Assembly (NCBI GenBank): GCA_024679065.1
Contig: JAGIQG010000008.1
Location: 35,092,001-35,156,000 of the forward strand
From: Sphyrna mokarran
Taxonomy: Eukaryota
DNA: 64,000 nt
Direction of reading: 5' to 3'
This document shows, in pieces, positions 11,641 to 24,984 of the stretch; positions within the stretch are counted from its first letter, which is position 1, and each line of letters opens with the position of its first letter. The notes beneath the pieces are model-generated. The model saw only the letters and a program-made list of their open reading frames with translations, did no database searches and was not told the DNA's origin. Position numbers and translations under genes: made by a program.

Positions 11641-12159
11641 AATGGGGCCAATTTTGCCATTCTGTTGCATCCCTTTCCGGGTGCAAAAACCCTTTCAACT
11701 CTGCAATCAACCTAGTGAATCTCCTCTGCCCCCCCCCCCCCCCCCCAATGCAAATATATCTTTCCTTAAGTAAGGCTTGGCACTGCTACTTCTACGCTCA
11801 ATGTAACTTCCCATCCAACCTGCATAATGTCATGCTGGCATGAATTGGTATGGGTTTTTAAAACGCAAACCAATCATGATGACCAAGCTAAGTAAGTATA
11901 GCCGCCGGGTGCTGTAAGCCATGCTCAGGTGGTACCTTGGAATTGCCCCTGGCACCCTGGCATTGCCAACCTGGCGGTGCCAATCTGCAGTGCCAGGACA
12001 GGCCCTCTGGAGAGCCCCAAGGGTGTTCCCCATATGTGTGTTGTTAGGGGGTCCCTTACTGCTTGTGGTCGTGGGGGAGTCAGGAAGAAGTGCCTCTGAT
12101 GCCTGTAGAGGGTAAGGGAAGGATGATATGGAGTGCCTTGATGCCGGCGGGTTGTTGCC

Positions 12160-12612
12160 ATAAGAACATAAGAACTAGGAATACAAGTAAGCTATTTGGC
12201 TCCTCGAGCCTGCTCCGCAATTCAATAAGATCATGGCTGATCTTTTCGTGAGCTCAGCTCCACTTACCCGCCCACTCATCATAACCCGTAATTCCTTTAT
12301 TGTTCAAAAATTTATCTATCCTTGCCTTAAGAACATTCAATGAGGTATCCTCAACTGCTTCACTGGACAGAGAATTTCACAGATTCACAATCCTTTGTGT
12401 GAACAAGTTCCTCCTCAACTCACTCCTAAATTTGCTCTCCCTTACGTTGAAGCCATGCCCCCTAGTTCTTGTTTCACCTGCCAGTGAAAACAACTTCCCT
12501 GCTTCTATCTTATTTATTCCCTTCGCAATCTTAAATATTTCTATAAGATCTCCTCTCCTTCTGAATTTCATTGAGTAAAGCCCCAGTCTACTCAGTCTCT
12601 CCTCATAAGCCA
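12160..12612 (-). mobile_element. CR1 LINE 3' fragment
   Basis: YEERLSRLGLYSMKFRRRGDLIEIFKI...RTRGH, with a (ttcttatg)n tail at 12160. Confidence 0.9.
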
Positions 12613-12942
12613 GGTTGCCAGGCTGTGCGATGCACGTAATACCACAATGATATGTGAGATTCTTGCTGTTCATATTGTAGAGGTTCCCCCAGATCAGCAA
12701 AGACAACAGAAATGTCTCTATGGCTTACTCTATTTTGGCCTTTGTGTAGCCATGACAGGCATTGTATTTTTTCCTTAGTCTCTCTGTGCAGGTTACATAG
12801 AACATAGAACCTTATGGTGCAGAAACAGGCTCTTCGGCGCATTGCACCGACCACCCAGACCCTATCCCCATATCCCTACATGTACGTACCTGGCATCATC
12901 AGCAAAGTCCAGAGAAGGTACCTCTGGGTCATTTCAGTTTGA

Positions 12943-13556
12943 TGTGGAGATGCCGGTGTTGGACTGGGGTAAACACAGTAGAAAGTCTGACCACACCAGG
13001 TTTAAGTCCAACCGATTTATTTGATAGTAAACTCACAAGCTTTCGAAGTGTTTCGACCTCTTTGTCGGGTGAATGAGGTGTTCTGGTCTCAAACAGCATC
13101 TATATCAGCATAGACTGTTTACAGATTACTGATTAGAATGCGAATCCTTACACCTAACCTGCTATTCAAGTCTTAAAGTGGCTAACAATGTGAGTGGACG
13201 GATCACTGAACACAGGTTAAAGAGATGTGTATTGTCTCCAGACGGCACAGTAAGGGAGGTTTTTTTGGCTAACCCAGGCAAGACATGGGAGTTACAGAAA
13301 CTGTGACATGTCTTTAACCTGAGCTCAGTGCTCCATGCATTCACATTGTTAGCCACTTGAAGACTTGAATAGCAGGTTAGGTGTAAAGATTCGCCTTCTA
13401 ATCAGTAATCTGTAAACATTCTGTGCTGTTATATTTGCTGTTTGAGACCAAAACACCTCATTCGTCCGATGAAGAGGCCAAAATACCTCAAAAGCTTGTG
13501 AGTTTACTATCAAATAAATCAGTTGGACTTAAACCTAGTATTGTCAGACTTCCTAC
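12943..13556. mobile_element. Fold-back Penelope-derived element with about 250-bp inverted arms and a 14-bp TSD
   Basis: 12977-13228 is the reverse complement of 13306-13557. Flanked by tcatttcagtttga at 12929-12942 and 13557-13570. Each arm carries a decayed hammerhead core. Confidence 0.85.
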
Positions 13557-13821
13557 TCATTTCAGTTTGAGACAGGACCAAGTGTTGCACCTGTGAGTAA
13601 TAAAGCATATAGGTGTCAGGGCTGCTGCCTGGAAATTGTGTGCACACCTACATATTGCACTTCCTGTGTTGCATACAAGCTGCATGTTGAGTGAGTAAAA
13701 AAAAACTTTTCCTCTTTGTGAATGCTGCCTGCTAGCCTGATGGTGCTTTGATAGGCAGGTGGATGCAGTGACTTATAGCATGCTGCTCTGGTTCAATGTA
13801 CATCCCTTCCAGAGCTTATGG

Positions 13822-14400
13822 ATAAGAACATAAGAACATCAGAAATAGGAGCAGGAGTAGGCCATCTAGCCCCTCAAACCTGTCCCACCATTCAATTAGA
13901 TCATGGCTGATCTGAAGTGGATTAGTTCCACTCTCCCGCTTTCTCCCCATAACCCTTAATTCCCTTGTCTATCAGAAACCTATCTACCTGTGACTTAAAT
14001 ATATTCAGCAAGGTAGCCTCGACCATTTCAACGGGCAGAGAATTCAAGAGACTCACCACCTTTGAGTGAAGGGGTTCCTCCTCAACTCCAATCTAAACTG
14101 ACCCCCCCCCCCCCGCCTTATTTTGAGGCTGTGCCCTCTAGTTCTGCTATCCTGTCTAAGTGGGAAGAATCTCTCTACCTTTACCCTATCTATCCCCTTC
14201 AATATCTTATATATCTGTATAAGATCCCCCCTCAGCTTTCTAAACTCCAACAAGTACAGACCCAGTCTATTCAATCTCTCCTCATAGGCTAACCCCATCA
14301 TCTCCGGTAACAGCCTAGTGAACCTTCTCTGCACTCCCTCCAAGGCCAGTATATCCTTTCACGAATGCGGCAACCAAAACTGCGCACAGTATTCCAGATG
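13822..14400 (-). mobile_element. CR1 LINE 3' fragment
   Basis: EGVQRRFTRLLPEMMGLAYEERLNRLGLY...; tail ataagaacataagaac. Same subfamily as 26786-27711. Confidence 0.9.
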
Positions 14401-14709
14401 CAACATGGCTGGGTTGAAGATTCCCATTCTGATATCTTTCTCCCTTTACTTACAGACAGATTTCAAGTGTGCTTCCCTCTGCTCCTCAGATGTACAGTGC
14501 CACTTTAAAATGTTGTCCTTCAGTTTCTCAGATCTGAAATTTCTGTACGAAATCAAAGGTGTTTTTATCCTACAGGTGCTTTGGTCCACATTGTTGTCTA
14601 ACGAGGGGCATACACGCGATGGGTCATGAGAGGGCTGCTCTTGGATTTTTTTTCGAGAGTATCCTAGTGCTTCACGTCATTAGTGTACGCTTGACCTGGA
14701 CCATTTGAT

Positions 14710-15030
14710 GGGCAACACGACAGCTCAGTGATTATCGTTGTGCTGTGCAGATACATGGATTTGGGCCTGTGTCTGTGGGAGTTTGCGCATTCTCCCCGTG
14801 CTTGCATGGGTTTTCTCCGGGTGCTCCGGTTTCCTCCCACATCCCAAAGATGTGCTCTTAGGCTAATTGGCAAAACAAATTCTCCCTAAATTGTCTCAAA
14901 TTTGGGTTTTTAATCCATAGATCTATAAACATGGACAGGGATCGCGGGTAGAGGTGGGAACATTGGGGTGGCGGCGCGGGCTCGTTGGGCCAAAGGGCCT
15001 GTTTCCCGTGCTGTTTTGTTCTTTGTTATG
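14710..15030 (+). mobile_element. V-SINE (HE1-like)
   Basis: Degenerate tRNA head, V-domain gggttttctccgggtgctccggtttcctcccacatcccaaaga, and CR1-like tail gggccaaagggcctgtttcc. Confidence 0.75.
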
Positions 15031-16894
15031 GGGAGAAAGCAGAATTAAGCTATTGAGTTAGATGATCAGCCATGATTGTATTGAATAGTGGAGCGGGCTT
15101 GAAGGACCAAATGGCCTCCTCTTTCTCCTATTTTGTATGTTTCTATGAAACTCTGCCACTCAGTCCCTTAGGTCTGTCCTCTTCTAACCCAAAGATGTTT
15201 GCACTAATTGTACCTCTGCCCTAGAATTCAATCTTCTGGAAGTCAGATCCACTCTCACAGTGAGTTAAGAAAGGCATTTGAAAATGATCAGGTTTCACTG
15301 GTTGGGTTCCTGGAGGCATAGGAGACCTATGTGAATTGCTTTAAATCTGCCTCCATTAAGTCCCAGTGAGATTCGTGCAAATGTGTTAAGTTGATTGCTA
15401 ATAAACTTACTATAGACAGCAGGTGACTTTGCTGCATCACTTCCTTCCCACTATGCACTTAATACATTTTTCCAGCTGCCGGGAATGGGATGGGAGTCTT
15501 CCAAAGTATTCTTCAAGCCCTCCACCATTTTGTCTGCTCCAGCAGCCTTCACTAAATTCCACACAATTGCAGTAGCACCAGTAGCAAATGACTTATGAGC
15601 AGCTGATGGCCCTTTTAAATAATGCTGGTGGGGGGAAGGGATCCTTCACGCTTATTAATTCATGCTCAGCGGTGCAAGGTTAAGAGCTAGAGGGCATTGT
15701 TTGATGCATGAAACTTCAAAATGGCAGCACTGACATCCAATCAGTATTGCACACTGATTAACATTACGATCTGCTTACTCTGCATACTTCCAGCAGACAT
15801 GAACTGTATACATGCCTTTCTCAAGCTGACATCAATCGTGTTTCACACCACAAGTGTGTTGCATAGTATATTGGATCACTAGGAATGCACATTTGTCCAC
15901 ATTTTCTCATGTCGAGTTCCTTTAAAAAATTACCTTGGTAAGTTTCAGACACCTCACCACTCACAAGTCAAATAATCACATTTCTAAACATTCACTGCAC
16001 ACAGCAAGAATGGAAGCAAGATGAGTAATTATTTTTTAAAAAAACTTGGCTTACAAAATAAAAGACAAATCTATTCAGGTCACATTCACTGTGTCTCTGT
16101 TTGGGCTAATGAAATGAGTTATGCTCTGAAATCCCAGCTTGTGTGAACAATTCTAAATAGCCCTGAATGTAATCAAGTACAGGAGTAACTTACATTTCCT
16201 TCTATTAACTTGCATAGTGAATACCAACTCAAGCAAAGTGTTCAACAATTAGCCTTACATCAGGAGGGCAAACACTGAAAGATCCGGCTCATAATACATT
16301 TACAGAATTCCTTTTATTAAACAAAGATTAACAGCCTTTGGAACAGAGCAGCTTAGAAAATGCTGATAAAAACCATGTTGATTTATTTTAAAACTTATGT
16401 TGACACCAGGAAATCAACTGTATATATTCACTTGAAGTGAATATAGGAGTGTCAAAGTATCAGGAGTGTCAAAACAATATGATACAAATTAAGAACATCA
16501 CCCCAAGGAGAATATTATGACACTAATTGAACTATTTATTCATGTGCATATGTTTCCCTACTTCCTGAAGAATCTGACGTTGGCAACCTTTCTCTCGTAC
16601 TTTGTCCAGCAACCATACTTCATGAGTGAGCCTCATCGGAAAATGTTGCAAACAATTCAACTTCAGGGAAGTACAGCAATCAAGCTACATCCCATTTTCA
16701 ATTAATATCCATACAGACATGTTCAGCATGATTTATAGATAATAAACAATAACAATAACTCTGAAAATAATTGTTGGAAGGATTAGAGGGGAGATGACAA
16801 AACTTTTTCCACCTAAAGGTGCTAGGGACACAGAATTCATTGCCTGAAAGGGTGATAGCAGCAGAAACTCTCACCAGAATTCAAAAAGTACTTT

Positions 16895-17500
16895 TTTTTC
16901 AATTTGATTTGATTTATTATTGTCACTGTGAAAAGTATTGTTTCTTGTGCACTGTACAGACAAAACATACCGTTCATAGAAAAGACAGTGCAGAATGTAG
17001 TGTTATCAAACAGCTAGGGTAGAGAGAAAAATCAACTTCATGCAAGGTAAGTCCATCCAAAAACCTGATGGCAGCAGGAAAGAAGCTGTTCTTATGTCAG
17101 TTGGTATGCGACTTCAGACTTCTGTATCTTTTTCCTAATAAAAGAAGGTGGAAGAGAATATGTCCAGGGTGCTTGGGTTCCTTGATAACGCTGGCTGCTT
17201 TTCTGGGAAGTATAAACTGAATCAATGGATGGGAGGCTGGTTTGCATGATGGACTGGGCTTTGTTCATGACCCTTTGCTGTTTCTTGCAGTCTTGAGCAG
17301 AGCAGTAGATATATCAAGCTATGATACAACCAGAAAGTTGCTTTCTGTAGTGCATCTGTAGAAGTTGGTGAGGGTCCTAGCACATTTGCCAAATTTCCTT
17401 TGCTTCCTAAAAAGGTTGGGGCATTGGTGGACTTTCTTAACTATAGCATTGGCATGGAGGGACCAGGGCAGTTTGTTGGTGATCTGGACATGTAGAAATT
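16895..17500 (-). mobile_element. Rex1/Babar-type LINE 3' fragment
   Basis: LTNFYRCTTES motif (recalled consensus LTNFYRCTIES) and 3' end gtgacaataataaatcaaatcaaat. Confidence 0.75.
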
Positions 17501-18254
17501 TGGATGTCGACTTGAAGAATACTGACCTAATGCAGAAAGGTGAGATTAGGCCTTCACAAGCATGGGCACAATGAGCCAAATTACTTCTTTCTGTGTCATA
17601 AATGGTGAGTGATTTATATGCTCGCATTGCAGGTGGTGTTATGCTAATATAATTCTTGCTGCTAATGGTGTTATTCCTGCTAATTGTGGCATTATTCCCA
17701 CTCTGGTGGTGGTGTTAGTAACTACTCCTGATATTGGTCTTCCTGTTCCTCATCCATTGTCCAAAGTAAAGCGGTATAAACTGCTCCCACGCTGCTGTGA
17801 AGATTGGCGGCTAGAAAGTGTAGATCAAAGTCAAAAAGTCCAAGATAGCAAAACCTTTCCTCCAAAAAGTCACCTGAAAGCATGAAAGGACACTCTCAGC
17901 GCAATTCCTGTGAGCAAAAGGCTTTTCCTGAGGCAAGGAAGAACAGCTTTCCTTAATTGACATGTAACGATTGCCGATCTCATGTCCCCATTAGCCGATG
18001 CTGCGCTTTCCTCAGCTTATTGCTCCTGGTCCGTTTCAGGCAACCCAAGATATCTGCATGCTGGCGGTTAAATCCAGAATGCAATGTAAAATTTCCAGCC
18101 AATTGCCCATTACACACTCAGATCACTGTCTGACTACCCTCAGATGTTTTCCATATGTCTCCAATAGAGCACCAGTAGATGCACCAACTAAAAGAAGTTG
18201 GCTCTTCCTTACATCCCATCCCCCAACTCCAAGGGTTTTTCCTGTTTAATCTGA

Positions 18255-18470
18255 CTCAGCATCCCAACTTGGAAACATATCGCTGCCGTTCCTTTGCAGT
18301 CGCTGGGTCAAAATCCTAGAATTCCCTTCCTAATGACATAGTGAGTCAACTCACAGCATATGGATTGCAGCAATTCAAGCAGGCAGCTCACCACCATCTT
18401 CTCAGTGACAATTAGTGATGGTAATAAATGCCAGCCAGTGATGCCCATGTCCCATGAATAAATTTCAAAA
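18255..18470 (+). mobile_element. 3' tail of the LINE family seen at 295-930
   Basis: gggtcaaaatcctagaattcccttcctaa...gcagctcaccaccatcttctc...aataaatgcc aligns by eye to 770-905. Confidence 0.7.
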
Positions 18471-19839
18471 AAACTATTCACTTGATAAATTATCTCTGCA
18501 GATTTTCCAATTACTTCTGCTTGGTGAACATCAGATATCAGTGATTGGAAAATCAGGAAAAAATCCAATATTCTAGTTTCTCTGTCCACATTTAACATGC
18601 TGTACTTTTCCAGCTGATGTAGAAAGTGGTGTATTCAAATGAACCAGGAGTGTCATAATGATATTTTAATAGACTCATTATTCTGATTCCATTCATCCAA
18701 ATGTGTTCGGTGTTCGGGAGAGAATTTAAAGAGGCTAACTTCAACATTGATGATATCAGTTCAATATTTCTGATCTTCCCATAAGAGACCTTCTTTAGGC
18801 TTCCACATCTGCCATGAATTAAAAGCCCTCTTTACACATTCCATTTATGTACCATGATCCCAATATCTTTCACCTTTCTCTGTACACTATTCACCGGTTT
18901 AAAACTAATTCAAAACCTTTGGATATACAATTCCTGCATGCACTATGACTTTAATGATCCCCCTTACTATATGTAACCCACTACAGTGTTCCAGCTTGTT
19001 GTTTTGCCTAATGACAGGAGTACGTGAAGCGATTGGTTTCTGTGTTGCAGGCAGCTTCTATCCCAAGGCAAGTAACCTCTGAGATAGTACTGCTGCAATT
19101 TGCATCTTCTTGTCAGTGGATGGACAGCGTGGACCTGCACTGCTACTACCAAGTGTGGAGGCAATGGTGGGGACTGGTGGGGTGGCGCACATGTGTTAAT
19201 ATCTATTTCAACCACATCATCATTCAGGTCCATTCCTGCCACCCTGTGAGCAGACAGCAATGGCTCAACATGACCAGTGATATTTAAGGGTGCAAATTAG
19301 TTAAACCCTGTTAAATCTGTTTGCAATCTATCTCCAATCCATCAGAAGAAACTACGGAAGTGGTTTTGAGTATCCAGGAAGAAACACAGACTATCGTTAG
19401 GGTCTTTAAGCAGTTGTGCTTGGAGCGATACACTGAAATATAGACTGCAGTAGCAAAACTATCTGTTAATGACTGTGCATGCTGCTAGTGGATGCCTCCA
19501 CCTGATTGATCAACAGCAACACACTATCTGGTTTGGTAACTAACTGTTTAAAAGCAGAATTGTTTAAAAGTAGAAATCACAACCTTTGTGCCTCAATTAG
19601 AGGCTTTATAACCTTGGGACATTTTATTACATTGAAGGCACTTTGTAAATACAAGCTGTTGTAATTGACTTTCGAGTCACTAATGACTCCAACTTTGTCT
19701 GCTAACTGCAGCCCTTCCTGATCATTCATACTTAACTTGTCACCCAATGTACTCACTTCTGGTTCCATTACTTCCTGTTGTGCATATCTCTCACTGGCAC
19801 TTGGAAAGGATCCATGCTAGGAAGTGATAGAAGAATAGA

Positions 19840-20116
19840 ATAATTAAATTCCTACAGAGCAGAAGGAGGCCATTCAGCATATTGAGCCTGCAACTGGCAA
19901 TAATCTCACCCAGGCCCTATCCCTAAACCCCATATATTTATCCTATTAGTCCCCCTGACAGTAAGGGGTAATCAACCTAACCGCACACATCTTTGGACTA
20001 TGGGAGGAAACCAGAGCACCATGCAGATATGGGGAGAATGTGCAAACTCTACACAGACCAAGAGACCTGAGGTCGGAATTGGACCCACGTCAGTAGTGCT
20101 AACCGCTGTGCCACCT
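19840..20116 (-). mobile_element. HE1-type V-SINE
   Basis: Reverse-complement homolog of 5106-5435 (gctaaccgctgtgccacc head; tgggaggaaaccagagcacc V-domain). Confidence 0.8.
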
Positions 20117-20659
20117 TGATGGATGAAGAAACTAGACATCCCAAGAAGTTTATATTCTTTTTAAAGCAGGAAAATAAGTTGCAGTGGTTCACACATAATT
20201 AGAATTTGTATTAAAACATACAGTGGAGGGAATGGCATGAGGGTTTCATGGATTTCTGACAGTTAATATAGCACAAAAGGATGAAAAAGAAAAAAAAGTC
20301 ATGTTCCTGATGAAACAACAGCTGGCATGTTTACAGTTGGGCATCTTGGGAGATGATGGACTGCAGCCAGAGTGTATGTCACTGCTGGATTGAATGTGAT
20401 CTGTTGTGGCTGTAGAGGTTGATTTGTTAGTGGCAATCCCTTGCGCAGCTGCACAGGCCTCCTTTGGGTAAAGGTCAACTGATATTTTTTCCTTCCAGTG
20501 GGTTTTCTTTTCTGTCATCTCTATTTCTTTTGTCCTCTGCTTTTCTCATGCCCTTTCTGTTTCCCTATCTCCAGGCACCCCAGTCGGCAGCACAAACTTC
20601 CCACACATTGACTACGATCCTGGGAAATTGAAGTCTCACTTGCAGATTTGGGCAACCAA

Positions 20660-21760
20660 TCGATCTTGTGCCAATTGCTTGCTTTCCATAGCGCATGTCT
20701 TGGGGGATGCGGCTGTGATCAGTTTGGTTCATGTGATCCAGACAATGAAGTTGCCACTATCTCAAGAGGAAAAACATGCAGGGGATCACTGCAAGCTGGT
20801 GTATTTCCATAATTAGCATTCTATCTTGTCAAGAAATGATCAACTGAGGCAGCAGAGGTGGAAACAGTTCAGCTGCTTTTCTTGGCTTGCATGCCTCACT
20901 ACTGTAAAGGAAGAAGCTGAGAACACAGCCTGGTGCACACCGAGCTTTGTCTTTTTGGACTACTTTACTTTTGGTATGCACAAGACATCCCAACCTCAAC
21001 ACGAGAGTTATGGTCTCAGCAATCCTAGTGCTAACTTCAGCATTAAGGGGCAGGTCACTGGTAATTGTTGTTTGAATCTATGTGAAGCTGTTGATGACCA
21101 CCAGGGTGAGATTATCAATGTAAGTGGAAGGTGGTTCTACATCCAGGTCCACAATTTTGGCCTTCCTGATGCTAATGGTTAGTCCAAACTCCTTGCAGGC
21201 CTCGGAGAACCAAGCTACAAGTTCTTGCAAATGAACTTCACTATGGGATGCTAAAAACTCATTGACTAGGAATTTACACACTTTGGTCTTAGAGTGTAAT
21301 ATTGCCAAATTGAATAGCTTTTTGTCAGCTCTGGCATATCTTCATTTGAGCATACAATTGCAGCATGGAGAAACTTATATCAAATAAAGTTGGTGCTAGG
21401 ACACAGCCTTGCTTTGTCCTGCTGCTGATCTAGAAAACCTAAAATGAAATGATGAAACTGCATGTTGTTATGGAGAAGAGAATTGACACCCTGGAGTCCA
21501 GGTGGGCAACTTAGTCTCTGCAGCAGAGACTGTCTCTGCTGACAAGATTAAAGGCTTTGGTGAAGTCAATGAAGGCAGTGTCAAGTAGGCTGTGCTGTTC
21601 ACTGCACTTCTCTTGTAATTGCCAAAGTGAGAAAATCATACCCAATGTCAATCTGCCTGCTCTGAAGCCACAATGAGACTCAAGGTGTATTCAAGATGCC
21701 AGGGACTGCAGTCTGGTCACAGCAACATAAGCAAAGACTTCCCCCACAATATTTATGCAA
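20660..21760 (-). mobile_element. RTE (BovB-like) LINE RT fragment
   Basis: HSEVHLQELVAWFSEACKEFGLTISIRKAKI, plus decayed FIDFTKAF and QGCVLAPTLF motifs on the minus strand. Confidence 0.8.
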
Positions 21761-23099
21761 GGAGATGTCTCAGTATTATAACAGTTACTGCAATCCCCTT
21801 TGTTTTCGTACACTTTGCATCACGTATGTGTTACAATCTTTGATGTTCCTACTGGACAAGTCAGATCCAAGAATAGAACCTTCTTGACAGACCCTAACTT
21901 TTATTTTTTGTTCAGATATGTGTGGATGAACAGGATCACAGCACTGTTGATGAACTTGTAATGAAGGAATAAAACATTTATTAAACAAGAAAAAATTATT
22001 TACAAGACATTACTTTTCAGCTATACCTTTACAGAAATATGCAGATATGCAAGGAAATCACAAATTACAAAATCTATTTTATATTCCAATGTTCTCCGTA
22101 AGTATACAGTCCACGTAAATTAATAGACGACCCAAGATTAGACACACAACACATTGAAACCAAGTGACAGATACAGCCTAATACAAACTCTGTGAATTTC
22201 TCATTAGGTATCTCCATAAGCTTGTCACATTGTGAGTTCACTGGAACTCTGACCTTCACCTAGGGATTACAAACTCCATTCCTGATGAATATCATTGGAA
22301 TCTTCTCCCAAATGCTTTCTCTCAGATGTCTTCACCAAAGATCCTTCTTCAGGATTTCAACCTTTTGATATTTCTCTGCACTGGATCATCACATGCATTC
22401 AAGTTTCCACAAAATCTCTAGGGTACCCAGCCACGCCAATAGAACAACATTGTTTCACAGGCTGTATTAAGATGTCACCAACTGTTTGGTCACTTCAGAT
22501 CCTGGCTTCTCATAAGTCTACATCCCCAAATCTCTACCCTGAAGCTCTATCGTTAACTTGTGCTATCTTTAATTCTTTTTTGGCCCTTGACTTTACTGCA
22601 CAGAGCCTTTTTTCCAGATTTCTGCTCTTTTATTGCTTTGACTTCCCAAACTTCCTGGAAATCTCTTCTGATCCATTGCCTGGTTTGTGGGACCTTTTTC
22701 TTTAGATTCTGGGAATTGTTTTGTGTCCCTCTGTATTGTCCTATCTATATTGGCAGTGCCTGTGGAATGTGATGCTGGGGAACTCAGGAGGAGGGCGAGA
22801 TGTGAAGTTTCTACTATGTGAATGCAAGTAACTTGCAGATGAAGACAGGCGGAGAGGATTGCTAAGAAAATGATGAATCCTTGGGAACATTGATGGTGAT
22901 CTAATGAGTTACTTTTCACAATTTGAGGGAGAGTTAAGTATAACTGGTAGACATGCTTAGGGAAATGGATTCTTGAAGTGTGTTTCTCCCACTGCACTGC
23001 TCTAGCAGCGCAACAGGCTGGGAGCCATCAACAGAAGTTGTTTTGTGGGCTTCCTGTGGGACTCTGCATGTCTCCATGACCAAGATTTTGAGTAATCAG

Positions 23100-23790
23100 C
23101 CAGAAATTGGTGCAGAGTTGATTTCAATATTCTAATTGCAATTTGAATTTGATTTGCAGGCCCAAGACTGAAGTCACCGGACCCATTAGTATCTCCCCCC
23201 GCCAGGGGAACGGTTCATTCCAGTAGGGTTTACAACTGCTTCCTACTAACAGGAAACAGGTGGTCCGACCTCACTGGAGTAAAAAGAGGCCATTGAAATC
23301 CATGCCCATCTCCCTGGGAGGCCAGGGGTGCCCTCAGGCAGTGCCAGCCTGGCCTCTTCAGCACCAGGTCATGGCTGCTGGAGGAGGGGAGGGTTCAGGA
23401 GATCAGGGCTGGCTGTTGAAGGGTTGGGGGAGCAGTAGGGGGGACATCAGGACTGGGCTGAATGGGGCTGGGGAAGGGAATGGTCAGAGGGCCAGTGATG
23501 GGCATCTGTGAGTCTGGCCAGCAATCGGAAGGCCAACAATGCAGGTCCAGAGTGCTGCGCCAATCTTGGCTCCGATAGATCAGGGCAAGCGCTCTGGTCC
23601 ACTCAGTACTAGGCTGCCAACTCTTCCAGTGGGAATAGGCCCCCTCCTGATTATCATAGCGAATCCCGACAACATTCTGCAACGCTCAGAGATTCAATTT
23701 GAAAATCCTCTAAAATAATCAGTAGAAGTTACTCCCATTTTCAAATGAATTGGGGAATTAGAATTTTTTTGGGAGAATCCTGGGCCATAG
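23100..23790. mobile_element. Possible non-autonomous DNA transposon (PIF/Harbinger-like) remnant
   Basis: GC-rich interior with gtgccag motifs, also present at 11930-12000, and an end ggagaatcctgggcc. No coding proof. Confidence 0.3.
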
Positions 23791-24984
23791 TTTGTGGATC
23801 TACTGACCTTTTAGGGTAATTTTCCTCTGACATTGTTTGATCAAGTGGGCTGGCAGAGCTGCCACTCACTGCCCCAACCAATCTTCTGCCATTATCCCCA
23901 GCAGCTCTCCTTTGGATTCTGCACTACTCCATGCCAAGCTTGCTCCTTGCATCAGTACTTTCACTGCCCTCTGAGGAAACTGGATGCATTTTATTCTCCT
24001 GCAGATGTTTCAATCATTCTTCAATTTTAGACATGCTTTTCCAAACACAAATGATAATCATAATGCCTGTGCCTTTATATTGTTGTAAGATTTTTAAGGT
24101 CAGTGCTTATCATGCCAGTAGGCATGTAGCAAACTCTATCTTCCTTCTGCTTGGCTACATGGAGCCTGAACCTTGGCTGTTATGTCATTGAATGAGCTCC
24201 AACACTATGTAAATGTACAGAGACTAAGCACATTTTTTCTAATCTTAATTGCATATTGGTGCCTGTACATTAGCCAAGTCAATACTTTAAGACAGTACTG
24301 CTGCTATTGCTCTAATATCATTATTATGTTTACCACAAGTACATATATTAAACATATATAATCTGTGTATTTTTATATTACTAAATGTTTACATTTAATA
24401 AATACTTAATGTATTGTTTAACTGCATGTTTGAATTACCAGATTTTACACAATTGTATATTATAAATTATATATTACTTAGTTATTGCAATAATTTATGT
24501 ATAATATGTAACTAAAAAAAACACTAAAAGAACTAACATTTCCAGTTTATCATGTACCAATGTGTGATATACAATGAAATATTATTCAGCACTCTACCAA
24601 CTGGAATTCTCTATGAACCAAAAATTCCGTGATTGGGCCTGTAAGTCTGGTTTTTGATTGGAGATGTGTCTTATCCCAAATTCTTGTCCCTGTCAGTCCC
24701 ACTTTCAATTATGCACTAATAATTGTCAAACTCACATGAAGCTGTTTTTGGTGGCTTGCACTAGCTCCAGTCTCAGCCTCCCACAGCTCTACAGCACCAT
24801 GTTCCCTCAGCATCACTCACTAGGTTCACTCACTTCTGCACCTCTTGCAACCCTCAACATGGGTATCATTGTGAGATGATCTGGGAACTTTCTGATTGAA
24901 TGGAAACATGGGACACATGTTACATCTTTGAAAATCAGGCACTTCCCATTCCTGGAACTTGCCAGAAAATAGAATATTAGAAAT

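Noticed and set aside
11729-11746. Poly-C runs (also 14102-14114) as G-quadruplex elements
   Set aside because: Homopolymer expansions inside CR1 fragments; no evidence of function.
21890-22800. Possible LTR-like repeat
   Set aside because: Only a compositional impression; no termini or TSD identified.
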